NCBI GenBank assembly: GCA_022813965.1
Contig: JALDZS010000130.1
Location: 52,257 to 72,256, forward strand
DNA: 20,000 bases
DNA from: Toensbergia leucococca
Lineage: Eukaryota
Direction of reading: 5' to 3'
Below, in pieces: positions 8,639 to 18,159 of this stretch. The notes below the pieces were generated by a model that was not told the origin of the DNA, made no database searches, and saw nothing but the letters and a program-made list of their open reading frames with translations. Both the position numbers and the translations under genes were made by a program. Numbering within the stretch: position 1 is the stretch's first letter; every line of letters starts with the position of its first letter.

Positions 8639-11600
8639 AACACTTCAACACCACTGCCTTGGATAATTGAGCTTTTTTCCCCCTAGCCACCCTTTTCCTC
8701 TTTTTCCCATAGAGTCCGAGAACTTTGTTGAAAGCGGATTATAAGCCTAGAATATCGTGCATCAATTGAGTCCATCCTCATTCATCTCATTTACTGGCCC
8801 CTAGAGTAGATCATTAAAGAGTAGTCTACGAGACTACTGATGTTCTAATCTGTTTCAAGAGTGCCGCTAACTTAGTCGCAGAGCACACAGTCGAGGGAGT
8901 GACCAGCATGGATAGAAGAAACGACTTTCAATTGCGTTGACTATCCCACTCAATAACTAGAATTCCTTCGCTACCCATTTCTATCATGTATATAATCGAT
9001 CGTGCTATGGCTTTGATATGTTTCATATCATTGCAATTGATACTTGACAAATGTAAATTAAAACAGAATATCACGATCTTAATTGAGATTGAATATTGCG
9101 ATGTCAATGATGATACAAAGGATAAAAGACCACGCAGATAATGAAGAATGAATTAAAAAATGTTTTAACATCCGATGAATAGGCCACAACATGAGGGCTA
9201 ATGAACTTGAAGTAATTTGAGAATGATGTGTTCCCTGTTCGAATAACCTTCAGTGTGACTTCAGACAAAATTGGTGGTCTAGTTGTTTTGTAGTCAAAGC
9301 TGTGGCTGCGAGCTTGGTATTAAAGTTTAAAGCCACGCAATCCATGAAGAACCTTGAATATGATGAATTTAGTCATGAAAACCCTTGATGCGAGGCCCAG
9401 TTAAATGCACCAGGGAAGCAACTGACGTTGGTCCTCAGGTGACCAAGCGTTGATTATTCAGTCTAACGCTAGAAGAGTCCGCAATAAGATTCACGGCGGA
9501 AAGACGAGCCAGCGAATTAGGATTGATGTGATTAGTTGACAGCAGTAAGCTAACGCTCTCTCGTTTATCAAAGGTCTTTGAAAAAGTCAATGATGTGGAG
9601 GTCTTTTTCAACGAATGTCTAAGGATTGACAGGAAACTCTCATGCTTGTTGCAGTCACTTTCGCTCTTTCAGTTCAATGTAAGATAAGACATGAGTGACA
9701 TCAGAAAGCATAAAACATGTCACCATGCACAAATGATACAAAGACAGCACAGAAGAGTCAGTTTGCCGTGGCCTTTCCGAGTATGAGCAATGCCAGGCAG
9801 TCAAATGGACTGCTGTGAACTGATTCCGCCAAAAGTGTACGACCGATTTGACTTGGATGGTAGATCATGGCAACGTGAAAGCTGGCTGGACACCTTCAAA
9901 TCGAATTGAGGTTGGAGACTCCTGTGACAAGCATGATAGGCGTGGAATACAACACGACCAGAACACTACAAAGAGAAATGATTTGCTATGTAAATGGGCA
10001 ACGTCGAAATTATGACGATGAGAAGACGGATCAATCATACATGCCCAAAGAAGGATTCTTAATGCTGACCTTTCGTGGTGGATTATGCTATCCTTGAATG
10101 CTTAACAGAGCATACCCCACACTAGTAAACGTTCGCTCACAATACGAAGGCACTCGGTTGAATTAGGGTAATAGAGAATCAAGGCAAACCCCACACTCAC
10201 AGCTCAAAGCCGAGTCGTTGTTCGGCGACAGGGTGCCAAGCCCACTTTAGTTAACGGGGCGCTCGGGATTGACATTTGGCGTTGTTGGATATGATGTATG
10301 TGATGAGACACGGCAGTAGACGTGATGGTGATAGGCTGCAATGTTCCTATGGATTGGAATGCTGGGTAGGCACGGTAGGTTGGAGGCTGGGGATAACGGT
10401 GCGACGGGAGAGCGAGTGGTAAACGAGTGGGGAGACACCAAACTCTATTTTGACGTGACTCGGCTAGGTCACTGGATCAGGAAAAAGATTCAGAAATTAA
10501 TTGGCAATAATGCGGTTAAGTGGTGGCCGAATATGGACAGGAGAGCCTCATTTGACGCCGTTTAGCTGGCTCATGGGTCGGGCGCTGATAGTCGCACTAG
10601 GTAGGAGCGTTTCGTCGACTAGAACCCTGGCGAAGAAGTTAACATCTCCCACCTCATGCCGTTGATTGGGACGAATCCTGATCATCCCTGGGATGTGGCA
10701 TCACGGCAGTTCGCCATACCACGCTGGCTCCGCATAAGGTTTACACGCATGAGACCGCCTCCTCCTACCTTACATGTCGCTTGGAGTACGGGCATTTTGA
10801 CGTTTTCCCATTATTATGGAGAGAACACTGGCGGTAAGACGGTATGTGAGTAAAGGAAAGCGATGGACCGAGGTCTGTGCGTCACTGTCAGGTGAGCCAC
10901 CAGGCGATGTGGGGCGTAGAAATGCAAGAAAGCGGAACCTGGCAGATGTCATGTAGCTGTCAAGGCTGCAGCAGTGTGCCAGCAACAGTGGTACTGGTGA
11001 TAGAGAACGAGTAAGATGACGTAGAATGCTACTCGAATGCTCATTAAGACGAGACAATCCCTGGACCATGATCAGCACCATTGACGCATCGACATGCCGG
11101 TACTGTCACCCACATGGTAACCCAAGCGTCAAACGGCTTCGGTATACTGCTTCCACGGCTTGCTCCTGCATGGCACTTCTAAGACCGATGCATGTAGCTA
11201 CCTATCTGACCAGCTCAAGGAGATGATGAAGGCCATGCGCCATCTGGAAATGGCTTCAGTGTCCTTCACCCTGGCCGTGGAGATCGACAAAAGCTTGCTC
11301 TTGTGGAAGTTTGATTCATTCCTACTCCCCAGATCAGACGAGTGCCTTGCTTTTGGTGATATCAAGGCCCCCCATCTATCGCCCGGGGAGTAGTCTTCTT
11401 CCTGGTCGGTAGGGGCGTTCATGCGCGTGCCGCCGGCTGCGGGATCGTATCACGCCACGCAAGCATTGGGAACTCCTTCCGAAAGGCTCTTGTTGCAGCT
11501 AGAGGAAGCTTCCCTGGACTCGTTGTTGAATTCCTGCTCTCTAAATTTCTTTTACCTTTTGACTGTGTTCAAAAGCGTTTGATATCCAGAGGCTCACAGT

Positions 11601-11777
11601 CCTGCAAGCATGACCCTCCTTCACAATGCACTGTCTTATTCCAACATTCACCTGCTCCATCCTTGATTCATTCATCTTTGTCTTCCTCTTCCTCTTCCTC
11701 GGCGTACAAGTAAATACTTGCATCCTTCCTCCTGTCAAGTCACCCTAGTCTTCCTTCTGAATCTAATTGTAACAACC

Positions 11778-12077
11778 ATGGCCTCCAACTCGTACAACCA
11801 ACTCACCATAGCTCAAGCTTTAGAAATGGTTCGGAACAACGAAGCCGGAGATGCCGATCAATCTGCATATTCATTGCTAGAAATAGAGATAGTCAATATC
11901 TGGCAGCGTATCCAAGCCCAGCCAACAAGTTATGTGATGACCAAGGACGAATTTGCCGTTTTCAACTACTTTCGAGCCCGCTACACGAATTCTGATGTTG
12001 CACGAAGAGCCGTGGCGCGCTTCTGGGACCATTTTCAAGGGAATGTTTCCGAGATCGACGGCTTCAGATCCCCATAG
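11778..12077 (+). CDS. Small uncharacterised fungal protein (99 aa), probably helical
   Basis: The ATG is in strong context (ACAACCATGG) after a CT-rich leader. Sequence: MASNSYNQLTIAQALEMVRNNE...IWQRIQAQPTSYVMTKDEFAVFNYFRARY...AVARFWDHF. It resembles small hypothetical proteins I recall from other Pezizomycotina; this is unverified. Confidence 0.8.
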   Translation: MASNSYNQLTIAQALEMVRNNEAGDADQSAYSLLEIEIVNIWQRIQAQPTSYVMTKDEFAVFNYFRARYTNSDVARRAVARFWDHFQGNVSEIDGFRSP

Positions 12078-13460
12078 AGCATCTCATGTATCACAAGCGC
12101 GCGCCGACGTCAGCCAATGAGCACTCTGTCTAAACATATCTCGGTCTACATTCTTCCTACCTACCAGTGATATACGTCTTCGAACACGACATCATCCCAT
12201 CGAGGATTCTTTTTCTACGGAGTCGAGCCTAGACGCTACCTGTGACCGACAATCATTCGTCGAAGAGCATGCAAAGTCAAGCATCAATTCTCTAGCTTGT
12301 TTTATGGTTTATTGGTACTAGAAGGTTCACTCTAGGCGTATTTGAGACTTATTCGCCTTGTTAGCTACCTCGTAGGCTTGTTGCCATACTGTCATGGGCG
12401 ACGGCCTTGTAACGTCTCGGATAGGTTTCTTTTCATCTCTGTACCAAGAAGGGTTGACAGCTTACTCGGTCGCTATGGGGGTCTCCGTTACCCGTGTTAG
12501 TTGGTAGCTAGCGCTGCCTACCTTCCGGCATAAGATAAGTGCTTCACTGTCACAACTCTCACGCTCGGACCGACTTGTTACTCGATGAATTGTGACGCCC
12601 AAGCCAGATGAATTGCACAGCCATTCCAAGATACTTTACCGGCGCCTCCCCTACCGGACCTATACCACTGGAATACCTAGCAAGCATCTAGCTTTGTGAA
12701 ACATCCAAGTCCTCGACAGGTACCAGAATGTCATGCTTTATGAACGACCACTTCCAACCCCGCCTTCGAGATCATGAACTTTCTTAGTATCACGATGCCT
12801 GTCAAATCCGTCAGTATAAAGCTTAAAGCGAGCTTCTTGAAAACATGTTTTCCCGCATTCAATTCACTTTTTTCAAATAATTTGTGAGCCGTCTTGTATG
12901 TGTGAAATCAGAACTTTCAAGACAACCTAGATGGTAAGAAGCACCGCCGAGGAGTAATGTGGATTCTCGATGCTGCAACGACAGTACCTCGTCTTAGTGC
13001 ACGGAGCCCTCCAAGACTGACAAAATGTAGTCGTTTCAAAATGAGGCCCAACGAAGTCAGCCCAGGACACAAGCAGGTGACTGAATCCTCTACGCAGCAC
13101 GCTTAGTTGTTGACTATAAAAAGATCAGGAAATTTCCACTTGATGATATCTCCGATCCTCGGTTCTCCCACGATCAAGTTGGATGTGGATGATTGCCGAA
13201 CAGCTCACCAATTGCCTACTTCACTTATTCTGTGATTCTCGAACGGTGAGACCAAGACCCTACGACAATAGACGCGGAGTCTTGTTTTCCGAGCTTTCAA
13301 GATTTTGGTTCTATCAGTAAACGCCATTCTATAACAGCCTTCGTATTCATGGCCTTTTCTGCCCTCGCCATTCACTCTCTGATATATCTCGGTCATGTCC
13401 TCAATTCACTTCTGCTGTACTTTAAGTCTTACGGCTCATTGACACCACTCTTATCAAAGG

Positions 13461-14556
13461 ATGTATCAACCTACGCCCACTCTAAAGTACCTCTTCGTAC
13501 TTTTTACGCTGCTATCTAGCACTAAACCAACAAGTGCGAGTTGGGTCCGTCTGAGAGATGTCCAGCCAACGTTCAGTCTGAATCCAAATGGACGTCAGAG
13601 CTGTGAACCATCGTTGTGGACCGTAAACGAGACAAAAGTATTCCCTTCCACTTGAAAGTTATCATCGGTCTTACTGATAAGAATGGCAGATATTCGATGA
13701 CGCATGCAGCCAGAGTTCTCAAAATTATAGCATTTGCTTTGACGAACTGTGGGTGTTAAGAGCTCCAACACTGGCATGAATCCCAAAAGCTCATATATCA
13801 ATGATGAATAGTGTGGATTATGTCAATGAAACAGCTTCAGCAACGTGCACCAGCAAGTTTGGCCTCTACAACGAGTGCCTGGTCATGTACAATGACAACG
13901 AAACCATGTGTACTTCCACACAGGACGAATATCAGCACTGCTCAAACATCACGTGCGTAAATCAATACCACTCCAACCAGAATCCCGCCTCTGCTTCTAA
14001 TGACCCTGTCAGCCTGGCATCCTACGCCACATGCGGCTGCTTCCACAGCCTCCCCGCCGACATCTTCAAGTGTGCAAACTCTGCCCTCGAGATCCCGCCC
14101 CAACAAGTTCCCACGTCACTTGTAGCCACCACGCCCCCGAGCTCCACCTTTCTCCTCAGCTCCGCCTTACCACCAACAACAACCACGTCAATCGACACCT
14201 CTGCAATCCAAAACCCCACCCCCATCTCATTCACTTCCTTACCGGACCCCAACGTCATAGCCACCTTCTACTCAACATACTATTTCCTCTCCTACGCTGA
14301 TACGGGAATTGACTCCGTCCTCGAAACCCTTACGACTTATAGCTGCGATCCTGCCTCGCCGTGCTACAGCCCTTTGGCTGACGGGACAATAACGACCGCC
14401 CCCCCCTTTACTCAGCAGCCCCACAATCCCAGCTGCTGCTGCTGCGTTCGGATCCCTAACCACGGCTGTTGTTGCTGCGCAGTCGAGTTATGGCTGTCTG
14501 GGTGCGTGCGTGCAGACGGTGACTTTTACTCAAACTATGCAAAAGTGCCTGTATAA
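13461..14556 (+). CDS. Secreted Cys-rich glycoprotein with a Ser/Thr/Pro-rich region. Exons 13461..13637, 13690..13748, 13812..14556 (alternative end 14596 if frameshifted)
   Basis: Signal-peptide-like start KYLFVLFTLLSSTKPTSA. Introns 13638..13689 (GTATTC..CTGAT..CAG, phase 0) and 13749..13811 (GTGGGT..TAG, phase 2) link the 13461 and 13801 ORFs through the mini-exon IFDDACSQSSQNYSICFDEL. Several N-glycosylation sequons are present. Confidence 0.75.
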
Positions 14557-15416
14557 GGAGGGAATGAGAAAAGGAGAGGAGAAGAGAGCTAGTTGAAAGT
14601 TTTGGAGGAATTTGGAGAGGTGATGATGGAGTTTTTTTTTGTTTTTGGAGGTCGGTTGAGTTTTTTTTTTTTTGGGTCGTAGGGGTTGCCTGAGGATGTG
14701 GAAGGGAGGGGAGGTGGGAGCTTGTTTTCATGTCTCACATTCACTTTTTAAAAACATGTATCTGAAATCACACCTCCCTAAAAAGGCCACTTTGCATCAC
14801 AGATGTCGGGGTTCTGTTCACTGCAGGAAATAGCCAGTGGGTAAAAGGAAGTAGATTGTACCCTGGCCTGTCTTTTTTTCTTTTTCTCTAAAAAAAAAAA
14901 ATTCTTGGGAAAAGAAGGTGTGAGTGAAGGTTTTATTTTAATTTGATTTTGATTGCGAGAGGTGTTAACCCCGTTATCAAATGTCCCTGCCGCAACAATC
15001 AGAAAGGGATGAAGGTCACGGAATTCATATCGAAGTGAAAGCTTTTGTTTTTTGAAGAAAGAACAATTGAAATGGTACTTTTTTTCAGAAAAAGGGGGAA
15101 ACAGGGCGCATTTCTTGATTTTCTTCCAGTGGTGGATTTTTGCAGCTTGATATCACGTCCCTTTTTCCCGCAAAGCATATTATGAAAAAAGAGAAAAAGA
15201 CTGTTGCTTCAAGAAGAAACATTCTGTAAAAACTTATCAGAAGCGGAGGGGGTTCCATATACACGTGACCCATTTCCCCAGCTCAGATCGAACATGATTT
15301 CAATTGCCTACTTAGGTAAGCAGAAAAACAAAGGAACAATTTTGCAACAAATCGAAATCCCCAAATCAGTACAACCACACACCCATCTTTCCCCCCCACT
15401 CAGCCACAGCCAGCCC

Positions 15417-16452
15417 CTAAGTCACAGGTCCATGCACCAAGTAAATCTCACTCGCGCACCTCCCCAACCCGGCCACCTTCTTCGGATAGAAGCTCGCATT
15501 CGCATACAGCACGTCGCTCTGCAAGCCAGCGGGACAATCGACCTCATAGCTCGGCTCGGCGCTCTCGTAGATTAGGCAGGCGACGCTGGGATCGGCGGTG
15601 GGGTCGAACATCCAGGTGATGGCGTTGCGGTAGGCTGGGTTGGCAAAGGCTTGGATGCAGCAGTCGCCGGCGGAGGTGATGTTTGGGACGGAGTTCTGGA
15701 AAGGGGCGGGGCCGTTGCCGCCTTCGTTGCTGTAGGTGCCGGGGAAGGGCGTGGCGAGTGGGGTGCAGAGGTTGGCGGAGGGGGAGATGGTGGTGGTGGT
15801 TGTGGTGGTGGTTTGCTGGGGTTGATGGGGGGGTTAGTGGGGGGGACGGGGTAGGGGAATTGAGATAGATTGGTGCTAGGAGAAGGGCGTGTGGGAGTCT
15901 ACGAGGCAACAGCGGAGGGTTTTGAAGGGGTGATGAGGAAGAGATAGGCGATGGCTTACAGTTACTGTTCCATATGGACCCAGATAGGCGGTCGAGGTGC
16001 GGTTGACTTGTGGAATAAAACAGGAACAGGCACTAGAGACTTGGGAGGTGGCGACTCCGGAGAGGTAGGTTGGGAGTGGCGTTGTGGAGTAGGATTCCGA
16101 AGTTGCATAGTGGATGTAGAAAATTGTCTCCGTGTAAGGGATTCTGGTGTCGGAATGTTCGATGTGAGAACACTAGGGTTGGACGAAATTTGGTAATCCA
16201 ATGAAAGGAGCAGTTGACTTACATGACAGGAGTCCTTGTTCCGACTGGTTCCACAGTTGTCGTGATGGGGATATTGGCATATGTTTGACAGAAGTAGCTG
16301 GCTTGGGGTGTATTTTGACTCAAGGCTTGCAGAACACTGTCATGAGTGCAGGTGGCTCTCTTCTCTACTATGACAGAGCCTGATACAATACCAAGGATGC
16401 TGACTAAGAGTACGAAGCTCAGGGCAGCAGGGAACGTGGGGAAGGAATGCAT
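15417..16452 (-). CDS. Secreted Cys-rich protein (270 aa): N-terminal FC..Y/SSACSC module, poly-Thr linker, C-terminal PAN/apple-like Cys domain. Exons 16452..16223, 16143..15960, 15815..15417
   Basis: Signal peptide, then a Kex2-type EKR site, then CTHDSVLQALSQNTPQASYFCQTY. Intron 16222..16144 (GTAAGT..CAG) leads to ...PLPTYLSGVATSQVSSACSCFIP. Intron 15959..15816 (GTAAGC..CTAAC..CAG) leads to QTTTTTTTTISPSANLC...SAGDCCIQAF...WMFDP...CLIY...GLGRC. The true frames of exon 2 and the first half of exon 3 are absent from the ORF track. Confidence 0.85.
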
Positions 16453-18159
16453 TGTAAGTAGGCGCTCAAGAAGAGTTGACAGTAGCCTTCAAAGAGGAAC
16501 ACTAGCGAAAGAACGCTCTTTGAGAAGAGATGAAAATGAAAGCAAAGACCGGCAAAAAGAAGCAATGCTGAGACTTTCGTACTTCATCCAAGGTTTTGAC
16601 TCCATCAACTTTGTTTACTGGTGTGGTAGTGTGTGACATGGCACGGCTTGAAAACGGCACGTGCCCTGAATTACAAGAGTGAACAGATTCCGTCTGACCG
16701 CCATCAACAAATGAAGATTTGAGGCGATTCAATGTGGAAGGATCTGGTCGGTAGCGGGGAAAACATTGCATGACATTGACCAGAAGAAGAAAAGTCAAGC
16801 GAGAAGACTGCGCACCTGCCAATTCTGGTAAGCTTTCGAGTGAGCAAGCCTACAGAAGAGGTAGAGGGGATATTGACGGGAGACAGAAAAGAAGCTGAGG
16901 AACAAGGAGCCAGATCCAAACCAAGAGCCAGACGCCACATGCCAACATTGCCAACCATGTTGCAGATACGAGTGTCAAGGCTCGAGGTCTGCTACCTTTG
17001 TCACATTGTGGATTAGTCGCTTTGATTGGCTCCCTCAAGAGACGCTAACACGCCTCCAATACATCCACCTCATCAATCAACATCCACCACCTAGCCTGTC
17101 CTATCACATCGCCGCCATGAACTTTGAGGGGGGCGGGGTGAAGGGGTGGAACGGAGCTGACGAGGTAAAAAAGTCGGAGAGGGTGGAGGGGTAGATGAGA
17201 TGTTGCGATTCATGTGGTGTGTCGTGGATCATTGTATGCTTTCCAGACTCCATAGGGAAGGAATAGAACACTGATCCAACGAAACGCGTTTTTTCATGCA
17301 CAAGGAGAATGGCAGTCAACAATATCATCATCTTCCCTTGGTGATATCGCGCCCGGTCTCACTCTCATGTAGGCTAAATTAGCGTATGGAATACCTAGAA
17401 TACCTTACCAGGTGAGTCATACTATAAATTTTACCTAGTAACCGTCCTCGCGCCGCCAAAGATAAAGTGAAACAACTGAATATTTGCACAACTAGAACTC
17501 ACATATGCTGCAACCTCATCAAGAGTTTTTCTATAGAATCAGAATTCAAGAACATACAAGCATAGCATACCAGGAGTTCATAAATCAATTTGGAGACTGT
17601 AGGTCTTTGTTGTGGCTGCGCAAATGCTGTCACAATGACTGTGATTCTTATATGATTTTGCAACTAGAATATGGTGGGGCAGGCACCATTTCACTTTTTT
17701 CTATTTTTGGCGGCACGAGCCGTCACAATCACGTTAGAATACTGGCCCATAAGCGAGCTCATCATTGGTATTCTACGTCCCCGTCACCACCGAACCACCA
17801 AGCTATCATTCAGAAGAATCCAAGCTTCTCTCGCTGTGGAAATGGACCCTCGGGCTGTCAGTGTGGGCAACTAACGGTAGCCTTTCGAAACAGCCTGCTT
17901 CAGAGTTCAGAATTGATGTTTGATTGCTGAAGGAGGACTAGTGCAGAACAGCTGTCAGGTCATCAGGCTGAGCAGCCAAACAGCCTCACAGCCTAATGAG
18001 TAATTAACGTCAATATCAGGCAACGATGGCCGTAGCGACTGATTTCTCTTCATTTTTTAAATATCATATGTCTGCCAGCAGCTCAACCGTCGCTGTACCA
18101 TTATTGCTAGCTTTTGGTGGTACGGGTACGGTGAAGACAGAAGACAGAAAATAGAAGAA

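Noticed and set aside
8900..9400. AT-rich stretch as a RIP-mutated transposon relic
   Set aside because: CA/TG dinucleotides are still common, and I see no terminal repeats or transposase/RT-like translation.
10163..10171. TTAGGGTAA as a possible telomerase RNA template (minus strand UUACCCUAA) in the gene-free interval
   Set aside because: It mismatches the UAACCCUAA expected for TTAGGG telomeres, and I found no convincing pseudoknot, Sm site or 3' processing signal. Revisit only if this species' telomere repeat is TTAGGGTAA-like.
9906..11422. Cluster of short 60-100 aa ORFs on both strands
   Set aside because: No recognisable motifs, many lack an ATG start, and I could not build a consistent exon chain.
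15962..16201. 79-aa minus-strand ORF, and likewise 15544-15909
   Set aside because: Wrong-frame overlaps of exons 2 and 3 of the secreted protein. The frames containing SSACSC and DCC fit the splice sites.
17505..17930. 141-aa ORF upstream of the NACHT gene as an NLR partner or amyloid-motif gene
   Set aside because: Composition looks random, with no HeLo/HET-like segment or N/Q/G pseudo-repeat amyloid motif.
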